DNA of 64,000 bases from Callorhinchus milii (GCF_018977255.1 NW_024704742.1:69070001-69134000); one strand, 5' to 3'. Shown: positions 50,801 to 62,750, numbered from the stretch's first letter. Notes: generated by a model not told the origin, from the sequence alone. Made by a program: numbers and translations.

Positions 50801-52223
50801 TTGGATTAGTTCCATTGGTTTGTCCTAGAAATAAAAGAAATAAGTAACTTTTTTATTGCATCTCATGGGTTTTGAAGTGTTTGATGACACGTGTAGAATA
50901 GAAAGGAAAAGACCAGACCATTCAGCCATGCAGCCTGTTCTATGCCAGAACAATAAATAATAATTGCAATTGATTTAGTGCCTTATCACGTTGTTGAGAC
51001 GTCTCAAAGAACTTCACAGAATACACTATCAAATGGACTGATCGTATATTTTGTGGCGGAAACCCAGCAGCCAATTGTGCACAGCAATCAGTCATGGATT
51101 GAGTAACCATGGCATTATATACTACCACCTCCCCTAATCCCACCTACCTGCATTGTGATGCCAGTTTGACTCAGTTGGTGGCATGCTTGACTGGAAGTCA
51201 AAGGTTGTGTGTTCAAGTCTCATCTCAGGACTTTGGGGTTCCTGGGCTGTGGGTGCGGAGGAAATGTTTAGAGAGGATGGTGATGGGGTCGATGTGTTGG
51301 AAGGAGCGGCTGAGCCAGGGCAGCACAGGAAGCTGATACTGGCACAGTTATACCGAATCCAGACCACACTGCTGTTGAACTCCACACTGACCACATCAGA
51401 AATGTAAAAGGGGCAATGGGATGTGAGAGTTTCTGAGGCTACCCAACCTGAACTCTGAGAAGTTTTGCGATGGATAAAGTGACCCCAGAAGTGGTGGCTG
51501 TTGCCCGGGGGTTGAGAGAGAGGGCCAAGGCCATTTGTGAGGGAATTGGTGCAATATGTACTCCTCGGCTTGTGCCGGGCCACTCAGTCACCGGTGGACA
51601 TGGGGCACCCCAAGCCTCTTCTCTCACCACCCCGCCTGTGCCTGATACTCTCTGGAATAAGTACTCTCCAATCATTGACTGTTTGTGGGACACTTGCGCG
51701 CAATTGGCTGCCATGTTTCGCCCACAAAATATACAGTCAATTCACTTTACAGTAGATTCTGTGAAGCAGTTTGAGACATCTCGAAGACGTGACAAGGCGC
51801 TGTATCAAATGCAAGGATTATTTTTATTAATGTGGGGGGAGGGCTGCATTGTCAGAGGTGCCATCTTTAAGATGAGATGTTATAAATGTCCTGTCTGCCT
51901 GTTCAGGTGGACGTTAAAGATCCCATGATACTATCTGAAAAATGAAGAGAATTTCTCCTGGTGTCTTGGCCAACAATCCCCCAAATAAAAATTGGTCATT
52001 CACTCGATGGCTGTTTGTGGGATATCATTGGACACAAAATTGGCTTGTGCATTTCCTAACAACTCCAATCAACTAACAACAGGGTTACTACTTATTGGCA
52101 AACGTGAAAGATGCTATACAAATGCAATTTGTTGTTGTTGCTAGGTAAACAGAGGTATATGGCGAAAGGAAACCTGCCTAAAGTTTTGCCTCGCCCAGGA
52201 ATCCAACCCAGGTCTTCTTGCTT

Positions 52224-52555
52224 ATAATAATAATAATAATAATCCTTGCATTTGATATAGCGCTTTTCATGTCGGGAGGACGTCCCAAAGCGCTTCACAG
52301 AACACACTGTAAAGTGAATTGACTGTACATTTGTGGGCGAACGCGGCAGCCAATTGCGCACAGCAATGTCCCACAAACAGTCGTAGATTGAAAATGACCA
52401 ATTTAATTATTGTTTTTGGTTTTGGAGGGATTATTATTAGGCTCTGTGTGGAGTAAGGAAACTTGTCCAAGGTTTCGCCCTGACCTGCCTGGAAATGAAC
52501 TCAGGTCTCTCACTTTCAAAGTGAGTGCCCTAACTACGGCGCTGCAGGACTCCAC
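52224..52555 (-). mobile_element. Young SINE abutting the truncated head of an older long-subfamily SINE
   Basis: Same consensus as the young copies. The older SINE at 52065-52223 ends at its tail. Confidence 0.88.
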
Positions 52556-53338
52556 AAATCATGGGGTTGTATAAACTAGAACAAATCCTCTGAACACATG
52601 GTGACCTCTAACATGAAGCTGTTTGTCTCTTTAAATGGATTATGGGTGGGATCAAGTATATGGCGGATCACGTTCACACCAGACCCGGCTGAGGTAATTT
52701 GTTAAAAATAGGGATAGATGTAAAATGGACCAATAAGGTTTGAATTTTAATACCAATTATAAATTAAGCAATAAGAATTGTAAAAAGGAGGCGGTTGATA
52801 ATAATTGCTGTTAACAACCGAGGTCAATCGGAAGCCTCGCCTCTGAGTAAGAAGGCTTCAAGCCGCCTGTTGGAGTCTTCGAGCTCACAGGTTGGGCTGA
52901 CTCGACAGTGCAGTGCTGGGGAGCGCTGCAATGGCCTTTGAGACGTTACCCTAAATGCAAGTTGTGTGCCAGCCTGGGACAGTTGGTAGCACTCCCGCAT
53001 CTGAATCAGAAGGTTGTCGGTTCAAGCCCCATGTCGGGATGCAGCACAATTTGGAAAGAGAGGTGAGTTCCTCCTGGTGTTTTGGCCGACAACCCCTCAG
53101 GTAAATTGGCCCATTCACTGTGCAGCGCCTTGGACGTCCTCCTGACGTGAAAGGCGCTCTATAAATGGAATCTTGTTGTTGTGTTGCTGTTGTATACAAA
53201 TTGGCGGCAGCATTCACCTACAAAATACACCTCACAGTAATCTTTGAGGTGTTTTGACATGGTAAGGTGCTATATCAAATGCAAGGATTAACATTAAGAG
53301 TAAACAAAACCCCCAATACTGCAGATACTGGAAATCTG

Positions 53339-53519
53339 AAACAAAAGCAGGAGTCTCTGGGAACGCTCAGCAGATCAGGCGGCATCGATGCAGAAAGGAA
53401 AGTGAGTCAACGTTTCAGGACCGTCCTGACGAAGGATCATGAAACATGGGACTCACTTTCCTTTCTCCATCGATGCCGCCTGACCTGCTGAGCGTTCCCA
53501 GAGACTCCTGTTTTTGTTT
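53339..53519. repeat. 181-bp palindrome with 70-bp arms, resembling Penelope-derived inverted-repeat elements of cartilaginous fishes
   Basis: Arms 53339-53408 and 53450-53519 differ at 3 of 70 positions. The loop contains CTGACGA...GAAAC. Confidence 0.75.
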
Positions 53520-53899
53520 GACAGTGAGAACGCTGACTCTACTATGTCAGCAAAGAATGGGACCTGGGTCTGATTCCCGTCGCGGCGAAATGTCGGTCAA
53601 GTTTCCTTACTCCACACGCCTCCGGTTTCCCAGCGGTGAGGAGGGGTCCGGTTGGGGGATCGTTTTTCCGGGGGTAATAGTTCCTTCAAAAAAAAAATAA
53701 TTTGGTCCCTCAATCCGTAGAATCGTAGAATCGCACAGCGCAGAAAGAGGCCATTCGGCCCACGCCTGTGCGCGGGACACCGCTGGGCGCAATTGGCTGC
53801 CGCGTTTCACCCAGAAAATACAGTCACTACACTTTGCAGTCTATCCTGCGCAGCGCGTTGCGGCGTCTCGGAGATGTGACGAGGCGCGTGATCCAATTT

Positions 53900-54780
53900 A
53901 GTTTTGAAAATCGCGGGTGTGAGTGCTGTGGGCCGCCGTAGCCGGGGATTTCCTGGTGACAGGACAGCGGCCATGTTCCCTGAGCTGACATCAGTCACCA
54001 GCCAGGGGGGCGGGGACTACAAACCAAACCCGCCCACTCCGCTCCCCCGCCGGCCGGGCAATAGGCGGCGACAGGTGACTGACGGGGATCTCAGCTAATG
54101 AGACACGGCAGATTCCCTCGCGCGTCAATTGAGTGTCGCACGGATAGACCAATCAGAACACGGAGGGGAGGGGCGGGGCTAGACCAACCGCAGGCACAGC
54201 CTGTCCTCTCTGTGATTGGTCGGGTCGGGTTAACGGAAGGTCACGCGGACCAATGGGAAGCGGCAGCACTGGAGAGGCGGGGTCCGGGTAGCAGGCGGCG
54301 ATTGACGGGAAAGCAAACGCTTCCATTGGTCCGAGTCCGTTTGAGCGTGCGGACACGGACCAATGGGAAGTGGAGGTCGGCGCTAGCGGACCAATCGGAG
54401 GCGGGCGGGTGGGCTGATCCCGCCCTCGCGCTCACGGATGGGTCCAACGGAGGGGGGAAAAAAAACCAAAACACCGGCTGTGCGCGGGGCAGAGCTTCAT
54501 GTCCCATCCCGAGTCCCGGCGGCGGCTCCCGCTCCTCATGATCCGCTCATGGAAACCCGGGGCCGCTTCGGGACGCGTCTGCCGCTGCTGCTGCTGCTCC
54601 TCTGCCAGGCTCTGACCACCCACTGCCCCGCGGGGGCGGCCCGCGGCTCCCACACCGCCGAGGAGGAGGAGGAGGAGCCGTCCCTCTGGCCCCGCGAGCC
54701 CGCGGCAGCCGAGGTGACCGTGGAGGACGAGGCGGAGGAGAGCGACGGGAGTGAGGAGGAGAAGCGCAGGTACCCGACCC
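53900..54780 (+). promoter_or_regulatory. CpG island and promoter of EIF2AK3 with multiple CCAAT and GC boxes
   Basis: High CpG density. CCAAT/ATTGG at about 54149, 54214, 54250, 54325, 54360 and 54391. GGGGCGGGG at about 54170. Confidence 0.85.
54549..54769 (+). CDS. EIF2AK3: PERK (eIF2-alpha kinase 3) exon 1: signal peptide METRGRFGTRLPLLLLLLCQALT...PAAAEVTVEDEAEESDGSEEEKRR
   Basis: Leu-rich signal peptide and the AEVTVED motif of vertebrate PERK N-termini. Phase-2 donor AG|gtaccc after a basic R/K stretch, as in human. Head-to-head with RPIA, as in human. Exon 2 was not found in the window. Confidence 0.88.
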
Positions 54781-54789
54781 TCCACCTCC

Positions 54790-55256
54790 CTCCATCCCTC
54801 CATCCCGCTCTCCCTCTCTCTCTTCCCTCTCTCTTACTCTTCCCTCTCTCTCCCTCTCTCTCCTCCCTCTGTACTCTTCACCCTCTCTCTCTCTCCCTCT
54901 TACTTTTCCCTCTCTCTCTCCCCCTCTCTCCTCCCTCTCGCTGTACTCTTCCCCCTCTCTCCTCGCTCCCCTCTCCCTCTTACTTTCCCCCCTCTCTCTC
55001 TCCTCTCTCTCTTACTCTTCCCTCTCTCTCTCCTCTCCCCCCTCTCTTCCCCCTCTCGCTGTCCTCTTCCCCCTCTCTTCCCCCTCTCTCTTACTTTTCC
55101 CCCTCTCTCTCTTCCCTCTCTCCTCTCTCTTACTTTTCCCCCTCTCTTCCCCTCTCTGTACTCTCCCCTCTCTGTACTCTCCCCTCTCTGTACTCTCCCC
55201 CTCTCTGTACTCTCCCCCTCTCTGTACTCTCCCCTCTCTGTACTCTCCCCCTCTCT
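54790..55256. repeat. CT-rich low-complexity tract and CTCTGTACTCTCCC repeats at the start of EIF2AK3 intron 1
   Basis: Visible directly in the sequence. Confidence 0.9.
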
Positions 55257-55354
55257 GTGTGTGTGTCTGTGCTGTTGCTTCCCTCCCCGCACTCTCTCCA
55301 CGTACACCCTCACTCCACATCCACACTCTTTCCTCCTCCGCTGTACTTCCTTCT

Positions 55355-56360
55355 CTCCCCCCTCCTCCCGACCCTCTCCCCCCTCCTCCCGACCCTCTCC
55401 CCCCTCCTCCCGACCCTCTCCCCCCCTCCTCCCGACCCTCTCCCCCCTCCTCCCGACCCTCTCCCCCCTCCTCCCGACCCTCTCCCCCCTCCTCCCGACC
55501 CTCTCCCCCCTCCTCCCGACCCTCTCCCCCTCCTCCCGACCCTCTCCCCCCTCCTCCCGACCCCTCCTCCCCCCTCCTCCCGACCCTCTCCCCCTCCTCC
55601 CGACCCTCTCCCCCCTCCTCCCGACCCTCCCCCTCCTCCCGACCCTCTCCCCCCTCCTCCCGACCCTCTCCCCCCTCCTCCCGACCCTCTCCCCCCTCCT
55701 CCCCGACCCTCTCCCCCCTCCTCCGACCCTCCTCTCCCCCTCCTCCCGACCCTCTCCCCCTCCCCGACCCTCTCCCCCTCCTCCCGACCCTCTCCCCCCT
55801 CCTCCCGACCCTCTCCCCCTTCCTCCCGACCCTCTCCCCTCCTCCCGACCCTCTCCCCCTCCTCCCGACCCTCTCCCCTCCTCCCGACCCTCTCCCCCTC
55901 CTCCCGACCCTCTCCCCCTCCTCCCGACCCTCTCCCCCTCCTCCCGACCCTCTCCCCCCTCCTCCCGACCCTCTCCCCCTCCTCCCGACCCTCTCCCCCT
56001 CCTCCCGACCCTCTCCCCCTCCTCCCGACCCTCTCCCCCTCCTCCGACCCTCTCCCCCTCCTCCCGACCCTCTCCCCTCCTCCCGACCCTCTCCCCTCCT
56101 CCCGACCCTCTCCCCCTCCTCCCGACCCTCTCCCCTCTCTCCCGACCCTCTCCCTCCCGACCCTCTCCCCCTACCTCCCGACCCTCTCCCCCTCACCTCC
56201 CGACCCTCTCCCCCTCCCTCCCGACCCTCTCCCCCTCCTCCCGACCCTCTCCCCCTCACCTCCCCCCTCTCCCGACCCTCCCCCCCTCCTCCCGACCCTC
56301 TCCCCTCCTCCCGACCCTCTCCCCCTCCTCCCGACCCTCTCCCCCCTTCTCCCGACCCTC
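55355..56360. repeat. Minisatellite with a 20-21 bp unit CCCTCCTCCCGACCCTCTCC (roughly 48-50 copies)
   Basis: Visible directly in the sequence. Copy number estimated as length divided by unit size. Confidence 0.95.
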
Positions 56361-56847
56361 AAAAATAAAAGTACACAAACGATGTGGGGGAAAGAAAAAG
56401 CGTTCTGTCCTGGAGACCTCGTCAACCAGAACAGGACAACGATCAGGATCTGCAAAATAGAAACGTGAATTAACTCGTCATGAGATTTTGAGGAGAAAAT
56501 GCGAGTTTCCTGCCCAGAGTGAACCCCTCCCCTCCCTCCCCTCCCCCCGGGCTGCAGCCAATCGGTCTGTGCAAAGTGTGTCAAAAAAAACTTTCCTGTT
56601 TATATATGTTCGATCTGCAAAAGGAAACGGTGTTAAAATCGTGTGTGTGTGTCTGTCTGTGTGTGTGTGTGGGAAGGGAAAGCACCGAAAAGCAAAGGCT
56701 CTCCAAGCCAACACTTTGCCACACACGTCGACAAAAGTTTTGTCTTGAAGTTGTGTCCCGAAACTTCTGAAAAGAGGGCCAACAAAATAGAAAGCGCTGG
56801 AAATCCAGTGTCAGCGTCTGCGGTTCAGTCACTGTGTCTCTGGACTC

Positions 56848-59083
56848 TCTCCCCCCTCCTCGCCCCCTCCCTTCCCTCCCCTCACCCTGACCATTTCCCC
56901 CCTCCTCGCCCCCTCCCTTCCCTCCCTCACCCTGACCATTTCCCCCTCCTCGCCCCCTCCTCGCTCCCTCCCCTCACCCTGACCATTTCCCCCTCCTCGC
57001 CCCTCCTCGCCCCCCCCTCACCCTGACCATTTCCCCCCTCCTCGCCCCCTCCCTTCCCTCCCCTCACCCTGACCATTTCCCCCTCCTCGCTCCCTCCCTT
57101 CCCCCCCTCACCCTGACCATTTCCCCCCTCCTCCCTCCCCTCCCCTGACCATTCCCCTCCTCGCCCCCCTTCCCTCCCCTCACCCTGACCATTTCCCCCC
57201 TCCTCGCCCCTTCCCTCCCCTCACCCTGACCATTTCCCCCCTCCTCGCCCCCTCCCTTCCCTCCCCTCACCCTGACCATTTCCCCCTCCTCGCCCCCTCC
57301 CTTCCCTCCCCTCACCCTGACCATTTCCCCCCTCCTCGCTCCTTCCCTCCCCTCACCCTGACCATTTCCCCCCTCCTCGCTCCTTCCCTCCCTCACCCTG
57401 ACCATTTCCCCCCTCCTCCTCCCTTCCCTCCCCTCACCCTGACCATTTCCCCCTCCTCGCTCCTTCCCTCCCTCACCCTGACCATTTCCCCCCTCCTCGC
57501 CCCCTCCCTTCCTCCCTCACCCTGACCATTTCCCCCCTCCTCGCCCCCTCCCTTCCCTCCCCTCACCCTGACCATTTCCCCCTCCTCGCTCCTTCCCTCC
57601 CTCACCCTGACCATTTCCCCCCTCCTCGCCCCTCCCTTCCCTCCCTCACCCTGACCATTTCCCCCCTCCTCGCTCCCTCCCTTCCCTCCCCTCACCCTGA
57701 CCATTTCCCCCCTCCTCGCTCCTTCCCTCCCTCACCCTGACCATTTCCCCCCTCCTCGCCCCCTCCCTTCCCTCCCTCACCCTGACCATTTCCCCCCTCC
57801 TCGCCCCCTCCCTTCCCTCCCCTCACCCTGACCATTTCCCCCCTCCTCGCCCCCTCCCTTCCCTCCCCTCACCCTGACCATTTCCCCCCTCCTCGCCCCC
57901 TCCCTTCCCTCCCCTCACCCTGACCATTTCCCCCTCCTCGCTCCTTCCCTCCCTCACCCTGACCATTTCCCCCCTCCTCGCTCCTTCCCCCTCACCCTGA
58001 CCATTTCCCCCCTCCTCGCTCCTTCCCTCCCTCACCCTGACCATTTCCCCCCTCCTCGCCCCCTCCCTTCCCTCCCTCACCCTGACCATTCCCCCCTCCT
58101 CGCCCCTCCCTTCCCTCCCCTCACCCTGACCATTTCCCCCTCCTCGCTCCTCCCTCCCTCACCCTGACCATTTCCCCCCTCCTCGCCCCCCCCCCCCCTC
58201 ACCCTGACCATTTCCCCCCTCCTCGCCCCTCCCTTCCCCCCTCACCCTGACCATTTCCCCCTCCTCGCTCCTTCCCTCCCTCACCCTGACCATTTCCCCC
58301 CTCCTCGCCCCTCCTTCCCTCCCCTCACCCTGACCATTTCCCCCCTCCCCTCCTTCCCCCCCCCTGACCATCCCCCCCCTCCCCCTCCCCCCCCCTCACC
58401 CTGACCATTTCCCCCCTCCTCGCTCCCTCCCTTCCCCCCTCACCCTGACCATTTCCCCCCTCCTCGCCCCTCCCTTCCCTCCCTCACCCTGACCATTTCC
58501 CCCCTCCTCGCCTCCCTTCCCTCCCCTCACCCTGACCATTTCCCCCCTCCTCGCCCCCCTTCCCTCCCCTCACCCTGACCATTTCCCCCCTCCTCGCCCC
58601 TCCCCCCCCCCTCACCCTGACCATTTCCCCCCTCCTCGCCCCTCCCTTCCCCCCTCACCCTGACCATTTCCCCCTCCTCGCCCCTCCCTTCCCCCCCTCA
58701 CCCTGACCATTTCCCCCCTCCTCGCCCCCTCCCTTCCCCCCCTCACCCTGACCATTTCCCCCCTCCTCGCCCCCCCCTTCCCTCCCTCACCCTGACCATT
58801 TCCCCCTCCTCGCCCCCTCCCTTCCCCCCCTCACCCTGACCATTTCCCCCTCCTCGCCCCCCTCCCCCCCCCCCCCCCCCTCCCTCCCTCCCCTCACCCT
58901 GACCATTTCCCCCTCCTCGCTCCCTCCCTTCCCTCCCCCCCCTCCCCCCCCCTCCCTTCCTCCCCTCACCCTGACCATTTCCCCCCTGCTCGGGTCCTCC
59001 TGACCCAACTGTGCAGCGCCTTGGGATGTCCTCCCGACGTGAAAGGCGCTCTATAAATGCAATCTTGTTGTTGTTGTTGTTGT
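56848..59083 (+). repeat. Minisatellite with an approximately 40-46 bp unit CTCACCCTGACCATTTCCCCCCTCCTCGCCCCCTCCCTTCCCTCCC, ending in an L2 3' terminus
   Basis: About 2.1 kb array followed by CTGCTCGGGTCC...GGGATGTCCTCCCGACGTGAAAGGCGCTCTATAAATGCAATC(TTG)n. Confidence 0.95.
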
Positions 59084-61514
59084 CTGTGTGTGGGTGGATG
59101 GCCCTCCCTCACACCCGGACATGAGCTTGTTTGGTTTACAGCAGCGTGTGGGGTGGTTTGTAAAGGGAGGAAGGAGAGAGCTTGTTGCTCAGAGACTGCG
59201 CTGCATTAACCTATCTCGGCGGAAATTGTTCAAGCACAAAAAAAACTTGCCAACTTGTCCAACCGCTTTCGCATTGGGATCACATCTCAAAGTGTTTCAC
59301 AAACTTAGTTTTAAATCCGAAAGAAACAACGAAACGGCTAGTACGTCCAAACGCCAGCATCCGATCGAAGAAAGTAGGTTGATGTCGAGGGTGAGATCCT
59401 GCATCTTCACCCGATCCAAACTTGTTTTGTTTAATTTAGTTTAATTTAGATCATGTTGGTCGGGATTCAGTAGTTCATAGAATCAACGTTTCCAGGATGT
59501 AAGAAGGCTATTTCACCCATCGTTTCTGTGCTGGTTTTTGAGCGTTAGAATAAATATTGTACAGTAATTTTCATTCTGCACCTTAGTCGAGACAGTGGGA
59601 GGATATCTTCCATTCTTCAGCAATGCAACCCTTAAATAACTGGATATTCCTTGGCATGCTGCACTGTCAGCAACAGGTTAGCTTTTGTACAGTATGTAAA
59701 GGAGAAAGTACTGAACTCTTGTTTACACTTGGTCACAAATACTTATTGGGCATTAAATATAGATGTTGGAAAGGAACAGAGGGCATGTTGTGGTTGATTC
59801 TCCCCCTCTCCATCTTATTCAGTAATTTGCATGTTGTTTTTACAGTAACTTTATCCAATCCTGTAGCATATTGGTTAGAGCCCTCGCTTCACAAGTGAAA
59901 GGACCTGAGTTCGATTCGTGGCCAGGGTGAAACCCTAGTCAAGTTTCCTTACTCCACACGCATCTGTTTACATAGCAGTGAGGAGGAACCCGGTTGTTAG
60001 TCGATTGGCGGAACGCTTTTCTGGTGGTGATAAAATCCCTTCAAAAAAAAATCAACAACTGTTGATTATAATAATAATTTTGTCACTCAATCAACAGCAT
60101 AAGTCTAAAATGCTGACCTGAATTTCTTATTCAGATACCATTCAATGCTAGAGGAGCCATCCTTCGGATAAGAATGTTAAACTGTGGTCCTGTCTGCCTG
60201 TTCAGGTGGATGTTAACAAAATTCCCATGGGACTATTTGAAAAGAGAAAGGAGTTTATCCCAATGGCCAACACCCCCCGCACAGCTAAAATTGATCATTC
60301 CTTTCATTCCTGTTTGCAGGACAGTGCTTTTTCCAATTGATTGCTGCATTTGCCTGCATGATACACAGTCACTACACTTTACAACCTGTGAAGTGCTTTG
60401 AGATTTTTCCTCATGATGTGAATGGCGATGCGTGATGTATAAGAATTATTTATTAATCAATTTCTTAAGATTTCCATTTTTCTATATCTTTGGTGCATGT
60501 TTGTCTTTATTGGTGGTATGTGGGTAAGGCCAGTATTTAATGCCCATTCTTAGTTTCCTTCTCTTCAAACTGTTGCATCCTTATGCTTCCATGATAATTA
60601 TTAATAATAATAATAATGATGTTAGGCAAAGAGTTCCAGGATTTTGACCCAGAGTCTTCATAACATTAGTTCGTGTAAACCTCATGCAAAGGCATTTTTG
60701 TAGGTCAAACATGTTAAATACATATTCACAGTCCATATAATAGTGTGATTTTTTTATTAACAATCTTTTAAATTGGAAAGTAATACTGAGACCAGTAGTA
60801 TTTTTGTATTTTTGGTGCAGTCACAATTGTGAGTTAGAGTGGGATAGCAGGCGAAGCTACAATGTTGTCTATAACCAGAAAATTGGATGTGCAACATAGA
60901 GAGATGGGTAGGTGCACTTCATTGCACTGTGGCTATGAATATTCATCCTGTTTGCTGGAGGGCGTTGTCAGTACGTAGGAAGATTTCTTACACAGTATGA
61001 TGAAACTCTTACAATACAAATTTACATTTATATAGCTCCTTTCTTGTCAGGAGGGAGTCGCAAGATGCTGAACAGTCATGGCTTGACACCGAGCTGGGGG
61101 TGGGAGTTGATCAGAAAAATGAATGAGAGATTAATTTACAGAAGCTGAGATGCACTGGCATGTTTTCATACAATTCTGGTCCGTTCATCATGGGTTATAA
61201 GACCTCTGGTTCATCTTCATTCATTCAGGTGTCACCCTAACTCAATTGGTAACATTCATGTCCCTGGGTTTGTGGGTTGAAGCCCCATGTCGAGACTCAA
61301 GTCTAGGATTGCAGTACTGGAGGTGGACGCTTCTTTATCAAACGTGCTGTCCTTCAAAGAGGTGTTAAACCGTGTTCTCATCTGCCTGTTAAGGTGTGTC
61401 TGGTCAGTATTCAAAGAGAAAGGAGCCTTCTCCCTGTGTCCTGGTCCCTAAATAAACTTAGTGATTCACTTCATGGCTCTGTGCAAATCGGCTGCTGTAT
61501 TCGCCAAAAAAAAA

Positions 61515-62750
61515 CTATACAACAAGAACTTGCATATAGCGCCCCTTATGCAGTATATCATCCCAGAGCTCCTGGTAGTGGCGGAGCACGATGCCGATCT
61601 GGGGGGAGGTGGCCGTAGGCACAGTCGAAGAGGAAGGTCTTGAGGCGCGATCTAAAGTTGGGGAAGGAAGGACAAAGCCGAGGGATATAGGAAGAGTTCC
61701 AGAGTTTTGGGGCATAGTGGCTGAAACCGTGGCCACGAATGGTGGAATGGAGGGTTCAGGGGTAGGAGAGGTAGGGAGGTGCAAGGGCATGATGGGATTT
61801 GCAAACAAGCTTGAGGATCTTGAAATCGATCCGTTCGGCGATAGATAGTCAGTGGAGCCTGGCTTGAACTGGTGTGATGGGGGTACAGGTGATATGCTGG
61901 TGGCGGAGTTTTGGATCAGCTGGATCTTTGGATGTGGAACTGGAGAGACCAGCAAAGAGGGCATCTGAAAAGTCAAGTCGGGAGGTGACAAATTCATGGA
62001 CTAGTTTTTCAGCTGCATCTGGCGTAAGGTACGGTCAGAGGCACGCAATGTGGCAGAGGTGGAGGAAGGCGGCCCTGGTTCGGGGCCAAATGTGGGGAAA
62101 GAAGATAGCTTTTTGGCAAGTCTGAGGATAGACCGGGGAGATTGAGGGCGTCAGAGCCACAGAAGTCGTTGATGGGAGCCAAGGAATATGATTTCTGTCA
62201 AGTTGACATATAGTTGCAAGAAATTTGCTCTCATCCGAGCCCCGATGTCAGCCAGACAAGCTGATAGAACATCGGCGGACCTGGAGTCGCAGGTAGAGAA
62301 GTAGATTTGTGTGACATCTGCACACCTGTGGAAGTTTATACCATGTCTGCAGATAATAATAATACTTGCATTTGATAATAGCACTTTTCACGTCGGGAGG
62401 ACGTCCCAAAGCGCTTCACAGAACACACTGTAAAGTGAATTGACTGTATATTTGTGGGCGAATGCGGCAGCCAATTGCGCACAGCAATGTCCCACAAACA
62501 GTCGTAGATTGAAAATGACCAATTTATTATTGTTTTGGGTTTTGGAGGGATTATTATTAGGCTCTGTGTGGAGTAAGGAAACTTGCCCAAGGTTTCGCCC
62601 TCTGCCTGGAATTGAACTCAGGTCTCTCACTTGCAAAGCGAGTGCTCTAACCACTGAGCTACAGGACTCCACAGATGACATCACCAAAGAGGGAACATGT
62701 AGATGAGGAAGAGGAGGGGGCCAAGGTTGAAGCCCTAGGGTACACCACAG
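61515..62750 (-). mobile_element. Decayed L2 3' region interrupted by a young SINE
   Basis: ADVTQIY, MRANFLQL and KIQLIQNSA remnants. Confidence 0.75.
62355..62672 (-). mobile_element. Young SINE inserted into L2 RT sequence
   Basis: AGAT is duplicated at 62351-62354 and 62673-62676. L2 sequence continues on both sides. Confidence 0.9.

Noticed and set aside
54438..56468. 676-aa Pro/Leu/Ser-rich ORF and overlapping ORFs
   Set aside because: Only 54549-54769 is PERK exon 1. The rest is read-through into intronic C-rich minisatellites.
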